Assembly: GCA_963845515.1 (NCBI GenBank)
Contig: CAWJSR010000029.1
Coordinates: 256,001 to 320,000, forward strand
Direction of reading: 5' to 3'
Origin: an uncultured delta proteobacterium
GTDB taxonomy: Bacteria > Myxococcota > Myxococcia > Myxococcales > Anaeromyxobacteraceae
DNA: 64,000 nucleotides
Each line of letters starts with the position of its first letter. The first letter of the stretch is position 1. The notes below the pieces were generated by a model. That model worked only from the letters and a program-made list of their open reading frames with translations. It ran no database searches and had not been told where the DNA came from. Position numbers and translations under genes: made by a program. Shown here piece after piece: positions 10,853 to 20,079 of this stretch.

Positions 10853-12826
10853 CTACCCGGCCACCGGCGAGGTCGCGACCGGCACGGGCCCATCCTCGGG
10901 CGGCGAGGGCTCGACGGCCCCGAGGTAGGCCGCGATCACGCCGGGGTGGCGCTTCACCTCGTCCGGCGCCCCCTCGGCGATCACCCGGCCCCCGTCCAGC
11001 ACCGTCACCACGTCGCACAGCTCCGAGACGACGTCCATGTGGTGCTCGATCAGGACGATGGTGATCCCACGCGCGTGGATGCGACGGATGATCTCCTTCT
11101 GCCTCGCTACGTCGGGGCGGGCCAGCCCGGCCGCCGGCTCGTCGAGGACCAGCAGCTCGGGCTTGCGGGCGAGCGCGCGGGCCATCTCCAGGAAGCGCTG
11201 CGCGCCGTACTGGAGATCCCGGACCGGCTTGCGCGCCTCCTCCTGAAGCCCCACCAGCCCCAGCAGCGCGAGCGCCTCGGCCTGGGCGCGCCGCTCCTCG
11301 CCCCGCCCGAGCCCGGCGAGGATCAGCGGCAGCGGCAGCCGGTAGGCGCCGCGCAGCGCCACCATCACGTTCTCGATCGTCGTCATGCCGCTGAAGAGCT
11401 GGAGGTTCTGGAAGGTCCGCGCGATCCCGGCGCTGGACGCGCGCATCATGCTGCCCTGCGGCAGCGGCTCGCCGCGCAGCAGCATGCTCCCTGCGGTCGG
11501 CGTGTAGAGCCCCGAGATGACGTTGATGAGCGTGCTCTTGCCCGATCCGTTGGGCCCGATGAGGCCGTGGATGGAGCCCCCTCTCACCGCCAGGCTGACC
11601 CCGTCGACGGCCTTCACCCCGCCGAAGTGGCGGTGGAGGAGCCGCAGCTCGAGGAGCGCGGAGCCGTCGGTCGCCCGCCTCGGGAGGACGGCGTCGAGCT
11701 GCGCGGGCTCGGGGAGCCTGGGAGGCGCGACCTTGAAGAGCGCTGCCAGCGCCCCCGCGGCGAAGCCCATCAGCCCCTCGGGGAGCCCGACGACTACCGA
11801 GAAGAGCATCAGCGCGAAGATCGCCTTTCGCCAGTCCTCGGTGTTCGTCACGAAGATCGCGCCGGCCACCAGCGCTCCCATCGCCGCGATCGGCGCGAGG
11901 GCCTGGAACGGCGCCGTGGTCCTGCGCACGAGCCCCCGCGTCCCCGCTAGCAGCGCCATCGCGAGGCCGACCAGCGCGAAGGCCCGGAAGAGGGTCAGGT
12001 TGGAGAGCAGGTTGGGGAGCAGCGCGACCAGCGCCGCGCCCACGACCGCGCCCCAGAGGCTCTTGCGGCCGCCTAGCACGACGCCGAGCAGCAGGATGAC
12101 GGTCAGCTCGTAGACGAAGCTGTGGGGCTGCAGGTACTGGAAGTTGAAGGCGTAGAGCGCCCCGGCGAGCCCGCCCAGCCCCGATCCGAAGGCGAAGCCC
12201 GCCACCCTGTGGCGGAAGGCGCCGACCCCCATCGCGTCGGTGGCGATGGGGCTGTCCCGCAGCGCCTCGAACGCCCGCCCCCAGTGGGACGAGAGCAGGT
12301 TCCGCATCGCGACCCAGGTCACGGCCAGCGCCAGGACGCAGAGCCAGAAGAAGTCGCGCGGCGAGAGGACGTGACCGAACAGCGGCGGCCGGCGGAGCGA
12401 GAAGCCCTGCGCGCCGTTCGTGAGCCACTCCAGCTCGTTGAGCACCGTGACGGAGAGCGCCGTGAAGCTGAGCGTCGCGAGCGCGAACTGTGGCCCCTCG
12501 AGGCGGAGCGCCGGGAGCGCCAGGAGCGCGCCGAGCAGCGTCGTGATCCCGCCAGCGACGAAGAGCGCCGACGGGATGCCGAGGCCGAAGCGCATGGCGC
12601 CAATCGCCGCGGCGTAGGCGCCGAGCCCCAGGAAGGCCGCCTGGGCGAGGTTCACCTGCCCGAGATAGCCGACCGTGACGTCGAGCCCGATGAGCAGGAT
12701 GCCGTAGATCGCGAGGAGCGTCAGGAGCCCGAGCGCGTACGGGCTGCTGACCAGGAGGGGAATGGCCGCGAGCAGCGCGAACAGCAGGATCTCGGCACCG
12801 CGGACCAGGAGGAGGCGCTTGAGCAC
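10853..12826 (-). CDS. Fused LivM-type permease / LivG-type ATP-binding protein
   Basis: N-terminal GYLGQVNLAQAAF..LRL.G..FALATL permease; C-terminal GPNGSGKST, RTFQN, LDEPAAG, IEH. Confidence 0.9.
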   Translation of the reverse strand: MLKRLLLVRGAEILLFALLAAIPLLVSSPYALGLLTLLAIYGILLIGLDVTVGYLGQVNLAQAAFLGLGAYAAAIGAMRFGLGIPSALFVAGGITTLLGALLALPALRLEGPQFALATLSFTALSVTVLNELEWLTNGAQGFSLRRPPLFGHVLSPRDFFWLCVLALAVTWVAMRNLLSSHWGRAFEALRDSPIATDAMGVGAFRHRVAGFAFGSGLGGLAGALYAFNFQYLQPHSFVYELTVILLLGVVLGGRKSLWGAVVGAALVALLPNLLSNLTLFRAFALVGLAMALLAGTRGLVRRTTAPFQALAPIAAMGALVAGAIFVTNTEDWRKAIFALMLFSVVVGLPEGLMGFAAGALAALFKVAPPRLPEPAQLDAVLPRRATDGSALLELRLLHRHFGGVKAVDGVSLAVRGGSIHGLIGPNGSGKSTLINVISGLYTPTAGSMLLRGEPLPQGSMMRASSAGIARTFQNLQLFSGMTTIENVMVALRGAYRLPLPLILAGLGRGEERRAQAEALALLGLVGLQEEARKPVRDLQYGAQRFLEMARALARKPELLVLDEPAAGLARPDVARQKEIIRRIHARGITIVLIEHHMDVVSELCDVVTVLDGGRVIAEGAPDEVKRHPGVIAAYLGAVEPSPPEDGPVPVATSPVAG

Positions 12827-12835
12827 GGGTGGGCC

Positions 12836-13714
12836 CTAGACCTTCCGGATGATCGCCTTGCCGAAGACCCCGGTGGGGCGAACGGCGAGGGCGAGGATCA
12901 AGAGCATCAGGCCGGGCGCTTCCCGCCAGCCGCTGCCGACGTAGAGGCTGGCCAGGCTCTCCAGCGCCCCGAGGACGAGGCCGACGATCACCACGCCGAA
13001 GCCCGACTCGAGCCCGGCTACCACCGCGACCGAGAAGGCCTTGAGGATCATGGCCGAGGCCATGGTGGGCCCGACCGTGGTTATGGGCGAGACCAGGATG
13101 CCGGCCAGCGCCGCCACCGCGCCAGAGAGGCCGTACGAGAACATCACGGTCCCGGTGGCGGAGATCCCCATCAACTCCCCGGCGTCCCGGTCGGCCGAGA
13201 CGGCGTCGAAGGCCTTCCCGAGGAGCGTGCGCCGCTTGAACACCTCCACGAGCCCCATCACCGCGAGGACGCCGACCAGCACCGAGATCTCCAGCGGCGT
13301 CACGTCGATCCCGAAGAGATGGATCGGCTCGGACGGGATGGGCGTCGGGAAGGGGCGGTCGTCCCGACCCCAGACGTTCTCGGCGAAGGAGAAGAGGAAC
13401 AGGCCGACGATGATGCTGAGCAGGATCCAGCCCTCGCTCTTCTGCTCCAGCGCCAGGCGGACCGCGGTCCGCTCGACCGCCAGCCCGAGGAGGGCGCCGA
13501 AGAGGAGGCCGAGCGGGACCACCGCCCAGTACGGCAGGCCGAGCCCGATGAGGGTGAGGCTGACGAAGGCGGAGACCATCACCAGCTCGCCCTGGCCGAA
13601 GTTGATGCTCTTGCTGGTGGCGTAGGTGAGCTGGAAGCCGTAGGCGATCAGGGCGTACACGAGCCCCATCAACGCTCCACTGACCGTGATCTGCGCGACG
13701 ATCGAGAAGGGCAA
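12836..13714 (-). CDS. livH: Branched-chain amino acid-type ABC transporter permease
   Basis: GLVYALIAYGF..INFGQGE, T.LGKAF.AVS.D...LMGI, KAF..AVVAG, RPTGVFG. Confidence 0.9.
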   Translation of the reverse strand: MPFSIVAQITVSGALMGLVYALIAYGFQLTYATSKSINFGQGELVMVSAFVSLTLIGLGLPYWAVVPLGLLFGALLGLAVERTAVRLALEQKSEGWILLSIIVGLFLFSFAENVWGRDDRPFPTPIPSEPIHLFGIDVTPLEISVLVGVLAVMGLVEVFKRRTLLGKAFDAVSADRDAGELMGISATGTVMFSYGLSGAVAALAGILVSPITTVGPTMASAMILKAFSVAVVAGLESGFGVVIVGLVLGALESLASLYVGSGWREAPGLMLLILALAVRPTGVFGKAIIRKV

Positions 13715-13783
13715 GGGGCGCCTCGGCTCGGGTTCACCGGGAGGAGGCCGGAGCCTCCCCCATCCGGAGTCTACTCGCCGGGG

Positions 13784-15004
13784 CTACTTCGCGCCGCGCC
13801 TGGCGAGCCGGGCGCGGTCCGCGTCGTCGGCGAAGACTACGCGCCCGTCCTTGATCATCCCCATGATCGTCTGCTCGCGCCGGAAAGCCTCGTGCGTCGT
13901 CACGTCGGCCGGATTCCACCTGGTGTAGGGCTTCACCCACCTGGCGATGACGCCGTCCACGGGCTCCTTCAGGTCTTCGAGGGCGTCGCGGATCGCGAGG
14001 CTCTTCGTCGACCCGGCCTGCTTCACCGCCGCGGCGAAGATCAGGACCGCGTCGTAGCCCTGCGCCGCGGAGACCGGGGACGCCATGCGGGTGACACCGT
14101 AGGCCTTGTGATAGGCGTCGATGAAGGCCTTTGCGCGAGGCGACACCGGCTCCTCGATGAAGGTCTGCGGCATCAGGGCGCCGTTTCCGTTCGCCCCGGC
14201 GTTGTCGATGAAGTTGGACATCGAGAGCGGCCAGCCGCCGATGAGCGGCACCCGGTAGCCGAGCTTCGCCTGACCGCTGGCGATGGCGGCCAGCTCGGGG
14301 CCGATGCCCCAGATCAGGATTGCCTCGGCCCCCAACGCCTTGGCCTTGAGGAGCTGGGCGCTCATGTCCTTGTCGCCGATGGCCCACTTCTCGACCGTGA
14401 CGACCTCGAGCTTGTTCCCCTGCTTCTTGATCTGGTCGAGCATGTCGTCGCGGCCGGAGGCGCCGTAGTTGGTGGCGTCGGCGAAGACGGCGACCTTCTT
14501 GAACCCCCGCTTGATCGCCTCCTCGACGACCATGGCCGACTGGATGCCGTCGTGCGCGGCGAAGCGGAAGATGGAGAGCTGCTTCGGGCCGTCGGGCTTG
14601 GCCCACTGGGTCATGGAGAGGGAGCCGGCCGCAGGGCAGATGATCTTGGTGATCCCTGCCTCCTGGAAGTGCCTGTCGCCAGCCATCACGACGCCAGTGT
14701 TGACGCTGCCGATGACGCCGGAGAGGTCGGGGATCGCGGCCAGCTCCTGCGCGATGAGCGCGCCGCGCTCGTTCTTGGCCTCGTCGTCGCGCTCGATCAC
14801 CTCGATCTTGAGCTTCTGCTTTCCGACCTGGATCCCACCGGCGGCGTTGATCTCGGCGATGGCGAGCTTCGAGCCATCGCGCGTGGAGGTCCCCATCGGC
14901 GCCGAGCCACCCGAGTAGGGACCGGTGAGCGCGAGCTTGATCGTGTCCGCGGCGAGCGCGGGGACGGCGGCAGCGGCGAGGAACAGGGCAAGGATTCGTT
15001 TCAT
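13784..15004 (-). CDS. Liv-type ABC transporter periplasmic substrate-binding protein
   Basis: Signal peptide MKRILALFLAAAAVPALA; IKLALTGPYSG, EINAAGGI, RDDE, DATNYG, AQGYD. Confidence 0.9.
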   Translation of the reverse strand: MKRILALFLAAAAVPALAADTIKLALTGPYSGGSAPMGTSTRDGSKLAIAEINAAGGIQVGKQKLKIEVIERDDEAKNERGALIAQELAAIPDLSGVIGSVNTGVVMAGDRHFQEAGITKIICPAAGSLSMTQWAKPDGPKQLSIFRFAAHDGIQSAMVVEEAIKRGFKKVAVFADATNYGASGRDDMLDQIKKQGNKLEVVTVEKWAIGDKDMSAQLLKAKALGAEAILIWGIGPELAAIASGQAKLGYRVPLIGGWPLSMSNFIDNAGANGNGALMPQTFIEEPVSPRAKAFIDAYHKAYGVTRMASPVSAAQGYDAVLIFAAAVKQAGSTKSLAIRDALEDLKEPVDGVIARWVKPYTRWNPADVTTHEAFRREQTIMGMIKDGRVVFADDADRARLARRGAK

Positions 15005-15188
15005 TGGAGTCGCCTCGTGTTGGGGGACGAGCGTGAAGCCGGCTCCCAAGCTAATAGACGGTTTGAAGCGTGGGACGCATCCGCGGACGCGGGTTCCAGG
15101 CCATCCCTGTTGGGGCGGAGTGACCTGCTGCTACTTACGCGGCAGCTGCCGCGGAGCCGCTGGTAACCGCCACCCCGGCGGCGGGCTC

Positions 15189-17054
15189 TCAGTAGACCTT
15201 CGCCACGTCCGCCCCCGAGTAGTACGCCCTCAGGATCTGCCGGTAGTCCTGCCCCGCCTCGGCGCGCCCCACGGCGCCCCACTGGCACATGCCCGCGCCG
15301 TGGCCCCAGCCACCGCCGCGGGCGATCCAGTCCTCCCCGTCGCGGTCGAAGACGACCATCGCGGAGGGGAGGTTGCGCAGGAGACGCCTGATCTTCAGCT
15401 CTCCCGCGACGTCGACCGTCCCATCGCTCCCCGACAGGCGCAGGTGGCGCGCGCGCCCCGAGACGCCGCGCGCGCGGACCTCGAGCTCGCGGACGAGTCC
15501 GATCCCGAGCGACTCGCCGACCGCCTTCAGATCGGCTGCGGTCAGCCTCCGCTCCCATCGCCACCGATCGCGCCGGGTCGCGGCAGGGCGCCGGCACCAG
15601 GCGTCGACGTCAGCGGCCAGGAACCGGCGCAGCTTCGCCTCGTCGGACAGTCCACTCGCCAGCTGCTGCGCCGCGGCGGGATCGGCAACGTCCGGCCGGC
15701 CGCGCAGCGCCGGGTCCGGCGTGTTGCCCCAGACGTACTCGTTGTTCTCCCCGTGGCCGCCACACATCGCGTGGTAGAAGGCGTCCACCAGCCGCTGATC
15801 CTTGCGGCCGAAGAGCGCCTCGCCGGCGGTCGCGCGGATCGCCTCGTCGGTCCGCGGGTGGTGCGCCCCCTCCCCGCGGTAGGCCTGGCAGTGAACCTCC
15901 GCGCAGAGCATGTACGGATCCTCCAGGTGGCGGACGCCGATCTGCGCGAGCACGTTCGAGCGCGCAGTGACCGACTGCGCCTTGAGCGCCTCCACGTGCG
16001 AGAGGGCTGGCATCTCCGCAGGCACGAGCCCCCTCAGGAGCTCCTCCAGCGCCACGGCGTGGACCGCGGCCAGCCTCCCGTTGGCGTCGACGGTGACGAC
16101 GAGCCGACCGCCGTACGAGCGGTCCTCGCGCTCGCGGCCGCTCTCACGAAGGTCGTGCTGCACCCGCTCCACCACGAAGCCAGCGCCTCCGTCGACGTCG
16201 AGCGCGAGGGCCGAGTCCGCCTCGCCCAGCCGCTCGCCCTTCGGGCCGGTGAGCACCAGCCTCCCGGCGGGACGATCCGCCAGGCGCTCGTCGACCGGGA
16301 GTCGGACGCCGAACTGGCGCCTGAGCTCCTCGGCGAGCTTCTCCGCGGCCGTCTCGCTCCCGTCACCGTCAGCGAAGAGGATCTCGCGCCGGTTGTCGAC
16401 GATCCGTCCCCCGATCCCGAAGACGCCGCCGACGAACCGGGACCGGACGGTGATGCCCCGCTCCTCCCAGGCGCGCCGCGAGTCGGCCAGCCGCTTGCCC
16501 TCGCCTACCGCCGCGGCGTCGAGGAGCACCTGGTGGACGAAGGCTGCGGGGCGGGCTTCCTCGAGCCGGACGTGGAGCCCGGCGTTTGGCTCGACCAGGA
16601 CAGGCTCGTGCCCCCTGAGCGTGACCTTCGCGGCTGCACGCGCGCGGAAGACGATCTCCTGCTGCCCCTCCATGAGCCGGATCGTGACCAGCGGAACACC
16701 TGCCTCGCCGAAGTCGAGCCGGTGGCTCCAGACGAGGTCCATCAGGTCGGCGTTGGCGACGACCGCAGGAAGGAGCGCCTCGACCGGAGGCGGCTCCGGC
16801 GTGGGGGCTGGGGGAAGCTCCGGGGGCGGAAGCGGCGGCGGGATCCCCTGCGCCCAGTCGGGCGTGGCGGGCGGCACGGTCGCTACCTCGGGAGCCGAAG
16901 CGGCGGGCTCTGGGGCTGCGGGCGCCTCGGGCCGTGACGGCGCCGCTGCGACCGCTTCGGAGCCGGCGGGGGCCAGCTCGGCGTCGGCGCCACCGCGCGG
17001 CGTCGCGCAGGAAGCGGTCAGCGCAGCGAGGAGGAGGAATGCTCTCGACTTCAC
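15189..17054 (-). CDS. SpoIID/LytB-domain lipoprotein (lytic transglycosylase-like)
   Basis: Lipobox LTASC; LEE.L.G.VPAEM...HVEALKAQSVTARS, CQAY.G, GGGWGHGAGMCQWGA..A..G..Y.QIL..YYSG. Confidence 0.9.
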   Translation of the reverse strand: MKSRAFLLLAALTASCATPRGGADAELAPAGSEAVAAAPSRPEAPAAPEPAASAPEVATVPPATPDWAQGIPPPLPPPELPPAPTPEPPPVEALLPAVVANADLMDLVWSHRLDFGEAGVPLVTIRLMEGQQEIVFRARAAAKVTLRGHEPVLVEPNAGLHVRLEEARPAAFVHQVLLDAAAVGEGKRLADSRRAWEERGITVRSRFVGGVFGIGGRIVDNRREILFADGDGSETAAEKLAEELRRQFGVRLPVDERLADRPAGRLVLTGPKGERLGEADSALALDVDGGAGFVVERVQHDLRESGREREDRSYGGRLVVTVDANGRLAAVHAVALEELLRGLVPAEMPALSHVEALKAQSVTARSNVLAQIGVRHLEDPYMLCAEVHCQAYRGEGAHHPRTDEAIRATAGEALFGRKDQRLVDAFYHAMCGGHGENNEYVWGNTPDPALRGRPDVADPAAAQQLASGLSDEAKLRRFLAADVDAWCRRPAATRRDRWRWERRLTAADLKAVGESLGIGLVRELEVRARGVSGRARHLRLSGSDGTVDVAGELKIRRLLRNLPSAMVVFDRDGEDWIARGGGWGHGAGMCQWGAVGRAEAGQDYRQILRAYYSGADVAKVY

Positions 17055-17668
17055 GTCGCGAGGCGCTTGGTCTTCTCGTCGACCAGCTGCTGGAGAGCCT
17101 CGGTCGCCAGCTTGCGATCCTCGGCCGTCGCGCCAGGCTCCTGGAGCCGCCTCGCCGCGGTCAGGATCGCGTCGCGCTCCTGCTCCTCGCGGAGCCGGAC
17201 CGCGTCCACCATGTGCGCGGCCTCGTCGGCGAGCTCGACCAGCATGTCCCGCTCGCGGAGCGGCCGCGGGCGCTCGTAGTTCCCTTCGCCAACCTGGCGG
17301 CAGGTCCGGGCGATGGCGAACGCAGGGCCAGCGATGCGGTGAGTCATGACCACCGCGAAGCCCAGCAGGCAGAAGAGCACTACGGCCAGCGCTGCGGCGA
17401 GCCAGACCATGCGGGCCCGGTCTTCGCTGGCAAAGGCCGCCGCGAGCGCCTCTGCCACGTCCGGATCAGCCAGCGCGACCACGCGCGAGGTCTCGGCGTA
17501 CGAGCGCCAGAGGACCCAGCCGAGCACCATGCTGATCGCCGCGGCCACCGCCAGCAGCCAGCTCGCGAAGCGGAGCTGGAGCTTCGTGTCGATGAGGTAG
17601 TTCCTGACGCGTCGCTTGTAGACGGTAGGAGGAGGCGCGGCGGCCTCGATGTTGGCGCTCGGTTCCAT
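17051..17668 (-). CDS. Two-TM membrane protein with HAMP-like segment, no output domain
   Basis: RR.RNYLID...Q.RF, two hydrophobic helices, THRIAGP...GEG....LR..D.L.ELA; 4-nt overlap with SpoIID gene; SD AGGAG. Confidence 0.7.
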   Translation of the reverse strand: MEPSANIEAAAPPPTVYKRRVRNYLIDTKLQLRFASWLLAVAAAISMVLGWVLWRSYAETSRVVALADPDVAEALAAAFASEDRARMVWLAAALAVVLFCLLGFAVVMTHRIAGPAFAIARTCRQVGEGNYERPRPLRERDMLVELADEAAHMVDAVRLREEQERDAILTAARRLQEPGATAEDRKLATEALQQLVDEKTKRLAT

Positions 17669-17687
17669 ACGCCTCTCCTACATACCG

Positions 17688-18425
17688 CTACCTGAGCCGA
17701 TCCGCGAGATCCTCGGTCATGGTCCGGGCCGCGGCGTCCAGCGCCTTGGCGGCGTACTTGGCGACCATCGGCCCCTGGACCGTACCCACCGCCCTCAGGC
17801 GGGCGCCGCCTTCGAGCATCGCCGCCATCCGCCCCTTGCCGTCGACGGCGACCAATGACGCGCGGACGGAGATCACCGTCTTGCCGTCCTGCTTCTCGAT
17901 GTCGACCTTAAGGACCGACGGCCGCAGGACGAACTGCTGTCCGCGGGCGACTACGCTGAACTTGTTGGCGCGGAGGTGGCGCTCCAGCGCGTCTCTGAGC
18001 GACGCCCGCAGCTCGTCGTCCCCGGCGCCCGACGGAAACTCGAGCGAGACCGTCAGCGCGCCGGGGCCAGCCGGGAGCAGCTCCGGCCAACCCTCGAGCG
18101 CCTTCTGCGCCGCGGCGCGGACGCGGTGATCGCGATCCTCCAGCGCCGCCTCGATGGCCCCGCGCCCGGCGGGATCGCCGATCTTGGCCAGGGCCGAGAT
18201 GCACGCGAGCCGGACCGCATCCGAGGAGTCGTTGCGCGCCGCGTCCGCGAGGGCCCCGACCGCCTCCCCCGCGCCGCGCTGGCCGAGGATGATGGCGGCC
18301 TGCGCGCGCACCTTGAGCGAGGAGTCGCTGCGGAGCGCCCGGATCGCGGCGTCGATCTGGGCGTCACCTCGGGCTGAGAAGGCGAGCGCTGCGAGGAGGA
18401 ACGTGGCGAGGAGGCGGGAGCGCAT
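17688..18425 (-). CDS. Secreted HEAT-repeat protein
   Basis: Signal peptide MRSRLLATFLLAALAFSARG; D....VR..AA..LG HEAT repeats. Confidence 0.75.
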   Translation of the reverse strand: MRSRLLATFLLAALAFSARGDAQIDAAIRALRSDSSLKVRAQAAIILGQRGAGEAVGALADAARNDSSDAVRLACISALAKIGDPAGRGAIEAALEDRDHRVRAAAQKALEGWPELLPAGPGALTVSLEFPSGAGDDELRASLRDALERHLRANKFSVVARGQQFVLRPSVLKVDIEKQDGKTVISVRASLVAVDGKGRMAAMLEGGARLRAVGTVQGPMVAKYAAKALDAAARTMTEDLADRLR

Positions 18426-18517
18426 CGCGTTGGAGAGCTTACCCTCGAAAGCTCTCCCGTTGGACGCGGAAACGAGCGTTCGCTTCACGCGCACCTTGCA
18501 GTCACGCACCCACACGG

Positions 18518-19417
18518 TCATCTTCCGCCAGCGAGGCGTCGGAACGCGTCGTGCAGGCGTCTGGTCACCGGACCGACCCGCCCGTCGCCTACGGGGCGGC
18601 CGCCGAGCCTGGTGACCGGCAGGATCTCCCGTGCAGTCGAGGTGATGAAGAGCTCCGCGGCCCCCTCGAGCTCGGCGACGGTCAGCGCGGTCTCCTCGAG
18701 CGCGACCCCGACCTCACGCGCCAGCCGGATGACCACGCCGCGGGTGACCCCCTCGAGGATCCCCGCGCCGAGGTGCGGCGTATGCACCCGCCCCTTCCGG
18801 ACCGCGAAGATGTTGGATGACGCCCCCTCGGTCACGTGGCCCAGTCCATCGGTGAGGAGCGCCTCGTATGCCCCGCGCCGCCGCGCCTCCCGGACAGCGA
18901 GGACATGCGGGAGATGCAGACCGGTCTTCGCGCTGGGATCGGCCGCCGTCGGCGCCGCCCGCGGCACGTCGACGACGCACACCTCCACGCCATCGCGGTA
19001 GGCGGCGACCGGCGGCCCGGCGAGTGGATGGACGATGATGACCGTCGTCGGCGCGACGGCGAGCGATGGGTCGAGCCCGAGATCGCCGGAGCCTCTGGTG
19101 ACGACGATCCGTACCGTCCGCTCGCCGCGATTCCATGAGGCTGCGGTGGGGTCGTCGGCGTCGGAAACGGGCGCCGCGTCGAGCGTGCGGACGACCTCGG
19201 TCGCGAGCCGGCCGGTGTTCCAGGGGAGCGTCAGCCAGATGAGATCGGCAGAGCGCGTGAGCCGACCGAGGTGGGCCTGCAGCTCGAAAGGCCGCCCGGA
19301 GTACGTCCGCACCACCTCGTAGACGCTGTCGCCGTACAGGAAGCCTCGATCGAAGACCGAGACGCGCGCCTCCGCCGGCGGGAGGAGGCGGCCGTCGATG
19401 TTGACTAGCGCGGACAT
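18518..19417 (-). CDS. Class IV PLP-dependent aminotransferase (IlvE/PabC/Dat family)
   Basis: VSVFDRGFLYGDSVYE, HL.RL..SA, VTEGASSNIF, GILEGVTR, ELFITST. Confidence 0.92.
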   Translation of the reverse strand: MSALVNIDGRLLPPAEARVSVFDRGFLYGDSVYEVVRTYSGRPFELQAHLGRLTRSADLIWLTLPWNTGRLATEVVRTLDAAPVSDADDPTAASWNRGERTVRIVVTRGSGDLGLDPSLAVAPTTVIIVHPLAGPPVAAYRDGVEVCVVDVPRAAPTAADPSAKTGLHLPHVLAVREARRRGAYEALLTDGLGHVTEGASSNIFAVRKGRVHTPHLGAGILEGVTRGVVIRLAREVGVALEETALTVAELEGAAELFITSTAREILPVTRLGGRPVGDGRVGPVTRRLHDAFRRLAGGR

Positions 19418-19534
19418 CGCTCCACTCTACCGCGCGCCGCGCCAGGTCCAGCAGCGGCGCGATCTCCCGGATCATCGCGGATCCATGACGTTTTCTTGAC
19501 CGATCGATCCCGGGTGATATCTCCCGATACGCGT

Positions 19535-19993
19535 ATGGAAACCGCTGTCGAGTGCACACACTGCGGCGTCGTCATGACGAGCTGGTCGGTCCCCAGCAGC
19601 CCGATCCGCTATTTCCAGTGTCCGTTCTGCCAGCGGACACACTCGTCCCACTACGGCGAGGTCTTCCGCAACCACGCGGGCGCGCGGGTGCGCGGCACGG
19701 CGCCGCGATCCTCGCTGCCGTCAGGGATCCCGATGGCGCGTCCAGAGGACGTCCGATGGGCGGGCATCAAGGCCGCGGCGAACCGCTGGTACGCACGGCT
19801 CGAGGCGGACGAGCACCGCAACGCGAGCGCACCCCGGCCGGCGGTCGCGCAGCGTCGCCCCATCCCGCTGACGGTGGCGCTCGAGGCGCCGCGGCGGCGC
19901 GATCCGCTCGTCGACCTCCAGATCGACGTCGAGCTGCCGCCCGCCACCGACGCGCCGCAGCCGGTCGCCGCCGGGGCCGCGAAGCACCGTTAG
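19535..19993 (+). CDS. Hypothetical protein with N-terminal Zn-ribbon (CTHC...CPFC)
   Basis: METAVECTHCGVVM...RYFQCPFCQRTH; high-GC codon usage. Confidence 0.65.
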   Translation: METAVECTHCGVVMTSWSVPSSPIRYFQCPFCQRTHSSHYGEVFRNHAGARVRGTAPRSSLPSGIPMARPEDVRWAGIKAAANRWYARLEADEHRNASAPRPAVAQRRPIPLTVALEAPRRRDPLVDLQIDVELPPATDAPQPVAAGAAKHR

Positions 19994-20079
19994 CACGCCC
20001 CCTCCTGGCAACTGCATCCCCCCATGGATGCAGCTATCGATGATGCCGGCCGGTCGGCTGACCGGGCGAGGAGAGGCGC

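Noticed and set aside
10853..12826. LivM-LivG fusion as novel
   Set aside because: Permease-ATPase fusions are a known variant of Liv-type transporters.
13720..13780. GC-rich hairpin between substrate-binding and permease genes as a terminator
   Set aside because: No U-tract; more likely an ordinary mRNA-stabilising stem in an ABC operon.
9465..15166. Long R/A/P/G-rich ORFs (987, 776, 1014 aa and many similar throughout)
   Set aside because: Off-frame or antisense shadows of real genes, expected in high-GC DNA; no motifs.
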